Source: Candidatus Staskawiczbacteria bacterium RIFCSPLOWO2_01_FULL_38_12b
Lineage (GTDB): Bacteria > Patescibacteriota > Minisyncoccia > Minisyncoccales > Staskawiczbacteraceae
Direction: 5' to 3'
Length of the DNA: 51,471 nucleotides
Assembly: GCA_001820255.1 (NCBI GenBank)
Contig: MHPA01000016.1
Coordinates: 7,288-58,758 of the forward strand
Every line of letters begins with the position of its first letter. The first letter of the stretch is position 1. Shown here piece by piece: positions 8,140 to 17,334 of this stretch. Under the pieces are notes generated by a model. That model was given only the letters and a program-made list of their open reading frames with translations, searched no databases and had not been told where the DNA came from. A program made the position numbers and the translations under genes.

Positions 8140-8628
8140 CTATGGAAGCTGAAAACAGTGCGCAAGAGAAGCGGTGCAAATATTAATACAACCGCCTATG
8201 TCATTAAATTTTTGCTTTGTTCCAGTAGAATCAACGCAAAAAAGATCGTTTGCGGTAATCATTAATGCTGAACAAGCACACCAGGCGGTATTGCTAGCAT
8301 TAACCTGGCAAACAGGAGAAAAACCACCATTGGCGGAAATAATTGCATCATAAATTGGTTTTCCAGAAACCATATAGGTAGCGCAAAGGTTGGCATAGGT
8401 GCCGTTGCCCAATGCAGGATCTTCAAAGTATGCCGCTGAATTAATCAATAAAGAAGATAGGTTCCCTTGAATCGCAGAATTTTTCCCCCTGTTAACATAT
8501 TTGGTTATATTCGCCAACACAATGCCAGTTAAAACAGTAATAATAGCAACTACTACCAATAGCTCAATAATGGTAAATCCAGCACCATTTTTACCCTTTG
8601 CACTTTTAATATTATTTACCATATACAC
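8140..8628 (-). CDS. Type IV pilin (paralog of 7550-8011)
   Basis: AGFTIIELLVVVAII; WCAC...FCVDSTG. Confidence 0.9.
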   Translation of the reverse strand: MYMVNNIKSAKGKNGAGFTIIELLVVVAIITVLTGIVLANITKYVNRGKNSAIQGNLSSLLINSAAYFEDPALGNGTYANLCATYMVSGKPIYDAIISANGGFSPVCQVNASNTAWCACSALMITANDLFCVDSTGTKQKFNDIGGCINICTASLAHCFQLP

Positions 8629-8691
8629 TATAATGTAATTTTTTTATAATATGAGGATTTTCGTCAAAAATGGTGTCAAGTTTTTTGATTT

Positions 8692-9900
8692 TTATACATT
8701 CCCCAAAGTGGAATACAGGGGAGCAAATACGGAAATCGCCAAAAGACCCACAACGACCCCTAAAAATATAATCAACATGGGTTCTAAAAGGGTCAAAAAC
8801 AAATCAATGGACCGCTTAATCTCTTTTTGGTAAAAATTTACCACTTCCATTAGTGTTTTGTCCAGTTTGCCGGTTTCCTCACCCACTTTAATCATTTGGA
8901 TAACAAAAGAAGGAAAATAATCCTGGTGCTTTGCCAAAACAGAGCTGATTTTTTCCCCTTCAGAAACCCCTTTTTCCACTTCGTTTACAATTAGCTTATA
9001 CACACTGTTGTTGACCGTATCTGATGTGATTTTTAACGAATTATTAATTGAGATTCCCGCACTCATCAAAGTAGAAATATTACCGCAAAATCTGGCAAGA
9101 AATACTTTGCGAAAGATATCGCCTAAAAACGGTATTTTTAACGAATAGGTGTCGTATAATTTTTTACCCTGGGCTGTTTTAAAATAAAAAATAATAAAAA
9201 CCACAAAAATAAAAAACGCTGATAGTATCATCCACCAAAAATTCCCCAAAAAGGCGTAAAAATTAAGCGTAATAACGGTAAAAGTCGAGGGGTCAATACT
9301 GGATTGCCTGATAAGGTCTTCAATTTTAGGAAGCAAGAAAATAATAATAATGTTAACCACTACAAAAAGAACCGATATGGTAAACAGGGGATAAATCATC
9401 GCCTGGCGCACTTGTGCAATAATATCGTGTTCTCGTTCCAAGTGATCCGAAATATAGTAAAGGGTTTGGGAAATTTTTCCAGAAATTTCACCGGATTTAA
9501 TCAAATTCACATAAAAAGTGTCAAACACTTTGGGAAAATGGCCAAATGCTTCTGAAAGCGACACGCCTTCCTCTACCAAGCCAGCAACCTCCAAGATAGT
9601 TTTTTTAAAATTATCCTTATTGGTTTGCACTGCTAAACTAGAAAGGCTTTGCATAACCGGAACCCGGGATTCCAGCATCACCGCCAGCTGGCGTGAAAAT
9701 ATCGCAAGATCTTTTTTTGAGACATTTCTCTCAAATTTTATATTTTTTAAAACAAATTGCCCCGTATTTTCTTCGGTTAATGAGGTTACAAAAATATTAT
9801 ATTTTTGCAAAATAGCGGCGGCAATTTCCGGAGAAGAGGCTTCAATAATTCCTGTTTCCGATTTGCCATCTTTGGTTCTGGCTTTGTAGTTAAACTTCAT
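8692..9900 (-). CDS. pilC: Type IV pilus platform protein PilC (T2SSF family)
   Basis: FSRQLAVMLES, GEISGK, MIYP, VGEETGKLD, LLEP motifs. Confidence 0.95.
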   Translation of the reverse strand: MKFNYKARTKDGKSETGIIEASSPEIAAAILQKYNIFVTSLTEENTGQFVLKNIKFERNVSKKDLAIFSRQLAVMLESRVPVMQSLSSLAVQTNKDNFKKTILEVAGLVEEGVSLSEAFGHFPKVFDTFYVNLIKSGEISGKISQTLYYISDHLEREHDIIAQVRQAMIYPLFTISVLFVVVNIIIIFLLPKIEDLIRQSSIDPSTFTVITLNFYAFLGNFWWMILSAFFIFVVFIIFYFKTAQGKKLYDTYSLKIPFLGDIFRKVFLARFCGNISTLMSAGISINNSLKITSDTVNNSVYKLIVNEVEKGVSEGEKISSVLAKHQDYFPSFVIQMIKVGEETGKLDKTLMEVVNFYQKEIKRSIDLFLTLLEPMLIIFLGVVVGLLAISVFAPLYSTLGNV

Positions 9901-9918
9901 TTTAATGCGATGCTAATA

Positions 9919-10093
9919 TACTTTGAATTACGAAACTCACCTTGAAAACGAGTTTCGGGGTCTTTTTCCCAGATTTTGGCTACAAATTCGCTATAACTTT
10001 TAAACTTATGCGTGGCTAAGTTTAAAAGTTCTATCAAATTTCTATCTCAAAATCTGAAAAAAATCCCTCCGAAGAGTTTCGTAATTCAAAGTA
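9919..10093. mobile_element. Rod-shaped palindromic MITE-like element, copy 4
   Basis: Terminal IR tactttgaattacgaaactc / gagtttcgtaattcaaagta; ATA duplicated at 9916-9918 and 10094-10096; homologous to 47895-48093. Confidence 0.9.
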
Positions 10094-10103
10094 ATATACG
10101 AAT

Positions 10104-11168
10104 TTACCCCAATAAATTTTTAAGTTCCATTGGATTGGCAGAATAATCAATAGCGCTTTTTGGAGAAATTTCTTTTCTTCTTACCAGGTCAATTAATGCC
10201 CTATTTAAAGAAATCATGCCGTCTTTACTGGAAGTTTCAATGACTGCCGGTATCTCATGATTTTTATTTTCTCTTATTAAATTAGAAATCGCATTATTGC
10301 AAAGCATCACTTCGCATACTGGAATAAATCCTCCGTTAATTCTGGGAATCAGTCGTTGGGAGATAACCCCCAAGAGCGACCCTGCCAACTGAAACCTAAT
10401 TTGGTTTTGCTGTTCAGCGGGAAATACGTCAACCATCCGGTGGATTGACTGGGAAGCTGAATTGGTATGGAGCGTTGCAAATACCAGGTGTCCCGTTTCG
10501 GCGGCGGTTATGGTAGTGGAAATCGTTTCAAGATCCCTCATTTCTCCTACCATAATGACATCGGGGTTCTGGCGGAAAGTAGCTTTTAGGGCATTGGCAA
10601 AGCTATTGGTGTCGGTTAACACTTCCCTTTGCTCAATAACGGATTTATCGCCCTGATAAATATACTCTATGGGATTTTCAATGGTAATAATATGCATCGC
10701 CTTGGTATGGTTTATTTCATCTAAAAGAGCTGCTAAGGTAGTTGATTTACCTTGCCCGGATGCGCCGGTAATCAATAAAAGCCCTTGGGATTTATGGGTA
10801 AATTCATGTAAAATAGGAGGGAGGTGCAAATCTTCAATCGTCCTTATTGTTGAGGAAATAAGGCGCAAGGCCAAGCTTATAGAATCTCTCTGAAAAAAAA
10901 TATTCACACGAAACCGTGCTTGTCCATCAAAGTCGTAGGAAAAATCTATTTCTTTTTCCAGCAAAAACTTTTGTTTCTGCGGTTCGGTTAGCAGGGCAAA
11001 GGCAAATCCCTTGGAAACCTCAGCGGTAACTTTCTTTTCATCAATCAAAGGGATTAACTGTCCTGTAATTCTTATGACGGGCGGATGGCCGATTGAAATA
11101 AGCAAATCGGAAGCTTCTTGCTCAATAGTCATGCTTAAAATTTTTTTAAATGTTTGCAGATAATCCAT
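10104..11168 (-). CDS. pilT: Twitching motility/retraction ATPase PilT
   Basis: GASGQGKSTT Walker A, RQNPDVIMVGEMRD, AETGHLVFATLHT, AISNLIRE. Confidence 0.95.
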   Translation of the reverse strand: MDYLQTFKKILSMTIEQEASDLLISIGHPPVIRITGQLIPLIDEKKVTAEVSKGFAFALLTEPQKQKFLLEKEIDFSYDFDGQARFRVNIFFQRDSISLALRLISSTIRTIEDLHLPPILHEFTHKSQGLLLITGASGQGKSTTLAALLDEINHTKAMHIITIENPIEYIYQGDKSVIEQREVLTDTNSFANALKATFRQNPDVIMVGEMRDLETISTTITAAETGHLVFATLHTNSASQSIHRMVDVFPAEQQNQIRFQLAGSLLGVISQRLIPRINGGFIPVCEVMLCNNAISNLIRENKNHEIPAVIETSSKDGMISLNRALIDLVRRKEISPKSAIDYSANPMELKNLLG

Positions 11169-11269
11169 AACTTAAATGACTAATTAACCTAATTATTCTA
11201 ATTAATCTAAATAAATCTCAATTCTTTAAAGTTTAGAATAATTAGAGCAATTAGAGTAATTAGGTTAAT

Positions 11270-11635
11270 TTATTTTAAAATTTCTTTTACTGCCTTAATG
11301 ATATCTTCCGGGGTGCTCTGTATCTTTAAAAAATATTTAATTACTCCCAAGTGCGCAATATCATCAAGGTGTTCTTGTTTATCAAGATTTGAAACAATGA
11401 TTACTTTTAGATTTTTTAAACTTTGATCGCTTCGTATGGTTCTTAAGAGTTCCCACCCATCCATGTTGGGTAAAATAATATCTAACACCAATAAATCGGG
11501 GTAATTATTTTTTAATTTTTCCAAAGCCATTTTGCCATCTTTTGCGGTATCTATCAAAAAACCCTCCTTCCGAAACTGGTTGGCATAAATGTCTACAATA
11601 AATGGATCGTCTTCGACTAATAAAATCTTTTTCAT
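11270..11635 (-). CDS. Single-domain response regulator (receiver)
   Basis: ILLVEDD, LDIILPNMDG, VSN, YFLK receiver motifs. Confidence 0.93.
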   Translation of the reverse strand: MKKILLVEDDPFIVDIYANQFRKEGFLIDTAKDGKMALEKLKNNYPDLLVLDIILPNMDGWELLRTIRSDQSLKNLKVIIVSNLDKQEHLDDIAHLGVIKYFLKIQSTPEDIIKAVKEILK

Positions 11636-11656
11636 AATTTCTTGTGAGAAATTTCC

Positions 11657-11732
11657 TACGAATTACGAATCTTTGCGAATTACGAATACGGTTTTCGTAT
11701 TATTCGTAATTCGCAAAGATTCGTAATTCGTA
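11657..11732. repeat. Perfect 32-bp inverted repeat built of tacgaat-type heptamers
   Basis: tacgaattacgaatctttgcgaattacgaata (11657-11688) is the exact reverse complement of 11701-11732. Confidence 0.92.
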
Positions 11733-11740
11733 AGGGTTTT

Positions 11741-13462
11741 TTAGGTTTCTTGCGTAACCCTAATGACTTCATCAACGGTGGTTTGTCCGGACAACACGTT
11801 AATAATGCCTTCTTGAGCCATGGTTAACATTCCTTCTTTTTGGGCTTGTTTTAAAATTAAGGATTCTTCCGGATTTTTTAAAATAATATCAATGATTGCC
11901 GGAGATATTGATAACACCTCAAAAAGACCCATCCTCCCTTTGTAGCCTTTAAAATTACATGATTCACAACCCTTGATTTCGTAAATGGATAGCGAAGGCG
12001 AAACACTAATATCCTTTTTGGCAAATGCGGGCATATCCTTTAAAATTTCAAAAATATATTTTTTTACTTTTTCACTGGGAGTTACTTTCTTTTTACATCT
12101 TGAGCAAAGGGTCCTTATCAATCTTTGGGCGATTACCACCCTTAAGGTAGAAGGGATTAAAAAGGGACGCACCCCCATATCGATTAACCTTGGGATAACC
12201 CCCACGGCAGAATTAGTGTGGAGTGTGGACAATACAATGTGCCCGGTCAGGGCAGCGTTAATCACCAAGCCGGCAGTTTCTTCGTCCCTGACTTCTCCCA
12301 CCATAATAATATTGGGGTCTTGTCGTAAAATCTGCCGCAACCCCTCGGCAAAACTATAGCCGATATCGGCTTTAATCTGGGATTGATTAACCCCCGCAAT
12401 GGAATATTCAATAGGGTCTTCAATAGTAACCACATTCACCGTTTCCTGGTTTAAAATACGCATCAGGCCATAAAGGGTGGTGGTTTTTCCGGATCCGGTC
12501 GGACCCGAAGATAAAATCAACCCATAAGGCATTTTTAAAGCTTTTTTGATAATTTCAAGATTCCTTTCGGAAAATCCCATTTTATCAAAAGGTTTTAACC
12601 CTTCTTCAGGATCCAATACTCTGATTTCAACTTTTTCTCCATATAAAATAGGAAACGTAGCTACTCTAAAATCAATTTCTTTATTATTAATTTTAGCTGA
12701 AAACCTGCCATCTTGGGGTATTCTGTTTTCATCAATTTTGAGGTTGGACAAAATTTTAATGCGCGACACAATAGAAGGGTGTACGCTTAAAGGTAAAAAA
12801 AGGCTTAAATGCAAAACTCCATCCTGGCGAAACCGAATATTGAGCCTTTCACGATTGGGTTCAATATGGATATCAGACGCCCCCCCCTCAATGGCGTGGC
12901 GCAAAATAACCAGCACCATTTTTATAACCGGAGCTTCCTCGGTGATTTTTAACGTACTTTGATCTTGTTCTAATGAATCAGCACCCTCTTTGTTGTCCTC
13001 TTTTAATTCTTCTAATGCTTTTTTCGTTTCTATTTCTAGGGTCTTATACTGCTTTAGTATATTATTTAAATCGGAAAACGTAATGAGGTGAATTTCGTAG
13101 ACAAAATTCTCTTTTCGACTTAAAAACCTTAACGCATTCTGGCTGGCAATATCTTCCGGATACACCATTCCTATGCCAACGGTATTGCCTTTTTTAAATA
13201 ACGGAACCATCTTATAATTTAAGGCGGCAGCTCCGGATATTAACTCCAGCACCTCCTGGGGAACCTCTTTTTTTTCAAGCTTGATAAGGGGCACATTCAC
13301 AAACTTGCTTTTTAGTTCAAATAAAGCATTTTCAGAAATAATTTTATTTTCAAATATAATCTCCTCTTCCGTTTTACCGCGGCTTTTCATATCAGCAACG
13401 AGCTGATTCATTTTTTGATCGCTTATAATGCCATTGCCGTATAATTCTTGAATTAATTTCAT
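11741..13462 (-). CDS. pilB: Type IV pilus assembly ATPase PilB (GspE/PulE family)
   Basis: ASDIHIEP, PQDGR, GPTGSGKTTT, LRQDPN..MVGEVRD, CSRC/CESC Zn motif. Confidence 0.96.
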   Translation of the reverse strand: MKLIQELYGNGIISDQKMNQLVADMKSRGKTEEEIIFENKIISENALFELKSKFVNVPLIKLEKKEVPQEVLELISGAAALNYKMVPLFKKGNTVGIGMVYPEDIASQNALRFLSRKENFVYEIHLITFSDLNNILKQYKTLEIETKKALEELKEDNKEGADSLEQDQSTLKITEEAPVIKMVLVILRHAIEGGASDIHIEPNRERLNIRFRQDGVLHLSLFLPLSVHPSIVSRIKILSNLKIDENRIPQDGRFSAKINNKEIDFRVATFPILYGEKVEIRVLDPEEGLKPFDKMGFSERNLEIIKKALKMPYGLILSSGPTGSGKTTTLYGLMRILNQETVNVVTIEDPIEYSIAGVNQSQIKADIGYSFAEGLRQILRQDPNIIMVGEVRDEETAGLVINAALTGHIVLSTLHTNSAVGVIPRLIDMGVRPFLIPSTLRVVIAQRLIRTLCSRCKKKVTPSEKVKKYIFEILKDMPAFAKKDISVSPSLSIYEIKGCESCNFKGYKGRMGLFEVLSISPAIIDIILKNPEESLILKQAQKEGMLTMAQEGIINVLSGQTTVDEVIRVTQET

Positions 13463-13488
13463 GTTCTTTAAGTTTCAAGCTTTAAGTT

Positions 13489-13893
13489 TCAATAAGAAAC
13501 AAAAGGCTCGCTTCTACCTAAGTTAACTTCTTTTAACATTAAAACCCTATAGCCGGATTTTTCTAAAAGCTTTTGAGCGTCCTCGTTGGTAGCCGCTAAA
13601 ATGGTACCACTCATTTGCTGGTCATCTTGATCTTGGACAATGTAGTCAAATTCAGTTTCCAATCGGGTAAATGGTTCTAAAGCTTTAACTTTTTCGGAGT
13701 CTAGAATCTTAAAATTTATCACCACATCCGGCTGATCAAAAGACATATCGGGGGGGATATTTTTATTTTTATTAATAAGTTCGGGAAGAAACATTACCAG
13801 AGAAATAGCGATAAAAATAAAAAACAGTGAAACCATCATGATTCCAAAAAACATTCTTTGTCTTTTTTTGGGTGATATAAAAACTATGGCCAT
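13489..13893 (-). CDS. Membrane-anchored pilus-associated protein with PilC-N-terminus-like domain
   Basis: One N-terminal TM helix; C-terminal FDYIVQDQDDQQMSGTILAATNEDAQKLLEKSGYRVLMLKE resembles the PilC N-terminus; lies between pilO and pilB. Confidence 0.65.
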   Translation of the reverse strand: MAIVFISPKKRQRMFFGIMMVSLFFIFIAISLVMFLPELINKNKNIPPDMSFDQPDVVINFKILDSEKVKALEPFTRLETEFDYIVQDQDDQQMSGTILAATNEDAQKLLEKSGYRVLMLKEVNLGRSEPFVSY

Positions 13894-13945
13894 ATTCTAG
13901 GGATTTTTCTCAATTTTTAAGATATAAAGTTCCATATTCAAACAA

Positions 13946-14500
13946 TTAATACGTGTGGGTTTGTAATTCTAACACAAAATCATATATTTTTTGCTGGTTT
14001 TCTAAAGTGGCTACATCTTGGGAGGCGGAAGGCGACCTGAAAGAAATAGAGCTTAATTCAAATAATCGCACCGATTTATCTAATGAAGAAAGGAAATTTT
14101 TTAAACTCGCATAATTTCCCATTATATTGATTCTGAAAGTGACATTTCTAATTTTATGTTCAGCCGTAGGTGGAGAAATTTTTGAAAACGTTACTGACCT
14201 TACTATCAATCCATTTTCTTTTCCCTTTTTTTGAAAAAAGAACACCAATGGGGCAAGGGAAAAATCCGTAGGTAAGGCAGCATCAATATTTGCCAGGGAG
14301 TCTTGTTTGCTTTCTATTATAGCAACGAGATTTGCTATGTTTGAAAAATAAAGAGCCTTGCTATTATATTCTGCCTCTTTCTTATATAAGCTATTTTGCA
14401 CATCGCCAACTTCTTGGTATTTGGGAATTACAAAAAGAAATACCAATATTGATGTGATAAAAATAATGATGACCGTAGAAGTTAATTTATTTATTTCCAT
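13946..14500 (-). CDS. pilO: Type IV pilus assembly protein PilO
   Basis: N-terminal TM, coiled coil, LP motif, GNYASLKNFLSSLDKSVRL; follows pilMN. Confidence 0.8.
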   Translation of the reverse strand: MEINKLTSTVIIIFITSILVFLFVIPKYQEVGDVQNSLYKKEAEYNSKALYFSNIANLVAIIESKQDSLANIDAALPTDFSLAPLVFFFQKKGKENGLIVRSVTFSKISPPTAEHKIRNVTFRINIMGNYASLKNFLSSLDKSVRLFELSSISFRSPSASQDVATLENQQKIYDFVLELQTHTY

Positions 14501-14505
14501 GATTA

Positions 14506-15132
14506 TTAATTACTGATGTCGCTTGAACTTAATGGACTTTCGCCAACATCTGTTTGCTCGCTTGATGGTGCTTGGTAAAAACCAACAAAACCATTGGGGT
14601 AATAACTAAAGAGGGCGGGATGCAAAGAAAGCTCCAGGGTAAATGTAGTTTTTCCATTTCCAGAAACCTGGGAATTTAAAACATCAACAGCATTAATATA
14701 GTCCTTGCTATCCTCAAATATATGCACTTGATGGCTTAGTATTTCCATATTTTCTGACTCTCCGGATAATCTAACCTTGTTTTGAACTTCAGAAACATCA
14801 AAACTTGAAAACCAGACTTTTGGCAAAGTTTTTTGTTCTATGAAGCTAAAAATATTGGAAGAAATCTTGTGGTTGTCAACAAGGATATTGAATTCTTCTA
14901 TTTTTCTTTTGTAATCAAGCACTTTTTTTTCATTTGCTTTTTCCTGCTCGGTGCCATAGGCAAGCATTTTTTCTTCAAGCTTGCTTATCTTTTGATGCTG
15001 GACATATATTTTAACCGTAAAAAGGAGGTAACAAAAAATAGCGATCAGCAATAATCCGAATGCAGCATAAAAAACAGGATCCATCCATTTTAATTGCTTG
15101 TCTTTTAATTGGTACAATGATCGAAAATTCAT
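14506..15132 (-). CDS. pilN: Type IV pilus assembly protein PilN
   Basis: TM plus coiled coil plus TLPKVWFSSF...LSGES; located between pilM and pilO. Confidence 0.72.
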   Translation of the reverse strand: MNFRSLYQLKDKQLKWMDPVFYAAFGLLLIAIFCYLLFTVKIYVQHQKISKLEEKMLAYGTEQEKANEKKVLDYKRKIEEFNILVDNHKISSNIFSFIEQKTLPKVWFSSFDVSEVQNKVRLSGESENMEILSHQVHIFEDSKDYINAVDVLNSQVSGNGKTTFTLELSLHPALFSYYPNGFVGFYQAPSSEQTDVGESPLSSSDISN

Positions 15133-15298
15133 AGTTAATTAAATCAGAAATTCGAATGTCGAAATTCGAAAAAAATTTAAATTACCAAAATTCAAAATCT
15201 AAAATGCATTTTAGTTATTTAAAGATTTGGATTTTTGATTTGTTTCGGATTTCGAGTTTCGTGCTTCAAGCTTACTTCATTATACACCAAAAATAATA

Positions 15299-16366
15299 CT
15301 ACTTCTCCAGTCCTCCCAAGGCCACCCCTGTCGCCGCTGAAAACCTGGGAGCCATTATCTTAAGGGTTTGGTCAAGAATCGGGGGGTATAAAAATTCTGA
15401 AAAACAATTTGGAACGTATACTTCTTTTTTAAGGCTTTCGGCAAAATACTCTTTTAATCCCGGCAGATTGGCCGTGCCTCCTGTCAAAAAAATTTCGTCA
15501 ATTTGCTTTTGCCCTCCGTGCAAAAACTCAGCACAAACGCCTTTTATTTCAATTAAGAGGGGAGACAATAAAAGATATAAGGTTTTAACTACGTCGCTTC
15601 TTGGATGCAAAAGTCCTTCTTTATTTTTTATGTTTTCTGCTTGATCCAAAGCTACCCCCAATCCAGAAGAAACCACATTTGATAATTGGCTGCTGTTAAA
15701 GGTGAAACTGTAGCTCTTTTTTAAAAAACCTTTTTCAATAATGTTTATGGTTGAACTCTGAACTCCGATATCCACCAAGCAGACTATTTTTTTATTATTT
15801 CTTATCAACGCCCTGGTAATACCCAGCGCTTCGGCTTCCAGGGCGTATAACTGGAGACCGGCCATTTTTGCCATGGCCTGATACTCTTGGATCACTTGAT
15901 TTGGCACCGCCAGTAAAAATACTCCAAATGAAGAATTTTTACTACCGGGTGAATTTGGCATTATCTTCCAATCCAAGGTAACCTCCGAAATGGGCAGGGT
16001 GATGTATTGAGATGCATTATAACGGATGGCTTCCGGAATTTCTTTTTCCGTCATAAAAGGAATATCAAACGAAGTGCAAAATGTGGAAAAATCAGGTATG
16101 GAAAAAATGGCTTCTTTTGTTTTTATTTTTGCCTCCTCTAAAATTCCCCGTATGGCCTCTGAAGTAACATTATTTGAAAGCAAGTAACTGCCCTTTTGGG
16201 TATTTGACAAGGATTCCTTGTAAAGATATTCTGATTTTATCTCGCCGTAATTTTCCAATGTTTTGCCTTCCCCCCAGCGGGAAATTTCCACCACCTTAAC
16301 AGAGGAAGTGCCAATATCCACCCCGATCATTTTTTTAGGGAAAAACATTTTAAAGGGATTAAACAT
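15299..16366 (-). CDS. pilM: Type IV pilus assembly protein PilM
   Basis: GVDIGTSSVKVVE, VDIG, LTGGTANLPGL, ATGVAL actin-like motifs. Confidence 0.95.
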   Translation of the reverse strand: MFNPFKMFFPKKMIGVDIGTSSVKVVEISRWGEGKTLENYGEIKSEYLYKESLSNTQKGSYLLSNNVTSEAIRGILEEAKIKTKEAIFSIPDFSTFCTSFDIPFMTEKEIPEAIRYNASQYITLPISEVTLDWKIMPNSPGSKNSSFGVFLLAVPNQVIQEYQAMAKMAGLQLYALEAEALGITRALIRNNKKIVCLVDIGVQSSTINIIEKGFLKKSYSFTFNSSQLSNVVSSGLGVALDQAENIKNKEGLLHPRSDVVKTLYLLLSPLLIEIKGVCAEFLHGGQKQIDEIFLTGGTANLPGLKEYFAESLKKEVYVPNCFSEFLYPPILDQTLKIMAPRFSAATGVALGGLEK

Positions 16367-16562
16367 GATGAATTTGAAATTTGAAATTTACCCGCCTGCG
16401 CCAAGGCTTTGGCGGGCAGGCAATTTGAATTCAATATTTCAATGATTAAATACTTTAATTTGAAAACACGACAGATTTTAATTATTTCAAATTTGATATT
16501 TTCAAATTGATTTCAAATTTCAAATTTCAAATTAACTGTATTATACTTTAAATATAAAAACT

Positions 16563-17306
16563 ATGACATACCCAAACCATGTGGATAAAGTAAAAACATT
16601 ATTATTGGAATTACTTTTTCCTTCTTTTTGTTTGGGATGCCAAAAAGAAGGCACTTATCTTTGCCTGGATTGCAAATCTGTTTTGGAAATTTCGGAATTT
16701 AATTATTGCTTATGCAATAAAAATCCTCTGCGCCTGCCCAATGACAGCAACCATGGCAAGTGCCAAAGATGCCAGGATAAAAAGTTATCCGGCTTGTATT
16801 TTGCCTTGCCCTACAAAGAAAAGTTCCTTACCAGAAAATTAGTGCGCCAGTTTAAATATTCGCCGCACATAAAAGCTTTAGCAAAACCTCTGGCCGGTAT
16901 TTTACTGGAACACTTTATAATAACCGGCAAAAATACCAACGAAATTTGGAATAATAGCCTTTTAGTACCGGTTCCTATGGAAATAAAAAAATTAAAAAGC
17001 CGCGGATACAATCAGGCAGAGGGGTTAGGAAAAGAGCTAGGACATATGGTAGATGTCCCATTGGTTTTGGATAATTTAGTTAAAATAAAAAAGACCTTGC
17101 CTCAAATGGAACTTTCGGCAAAAGAACGGATGCAAAATGTAAAAAACGCTTTTTTGGTAAAAAATCCCAAGGAAATTTCCGGCAAAAAAATATTTTTGAT
17201 TGACGACGTCTATACTACCGGATCCACCATGGAAGAATGCGCCGGCGTCCTGCGGGACGCCGGCGCCAAATCCGTCTTTGGAATTGCCATCGCCCGAGAG
17301 GGCTAA
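16563..17306 (+). CDS. comF: ComF family competence protein (Zn ribbon plus PRTase)
   Basis: LFPSFCLGC...CLDC, RGYNQA, LIDDVYTTGST. Confidence 0.95.
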   Translation: MTYPNHVDKVKTLLLELLFPSFCLGCQKEGTYLCLDCKSVLEISEFNYCLCNKNPLRLPNDSNHGKCQRCQDKKLSGLYFALPYKEKFLTRKLVRQFKYSPHIKALAKPLAGILLEHFIITGKNTNEIWNNSLLVPVPMEIKKLKSRGYNQAEGLGKELGHMVDVPLVLDNLVKIKKTLPQMELSAKERMQNVKNAFLVKNPKEISGKKIFLIDDVYTTGSTMEECAGVLRDAGAKSVFGIAIAREG

Positions 17307-17334
17307 TAACAAACCTTATTAAGTGACAAGTCTA

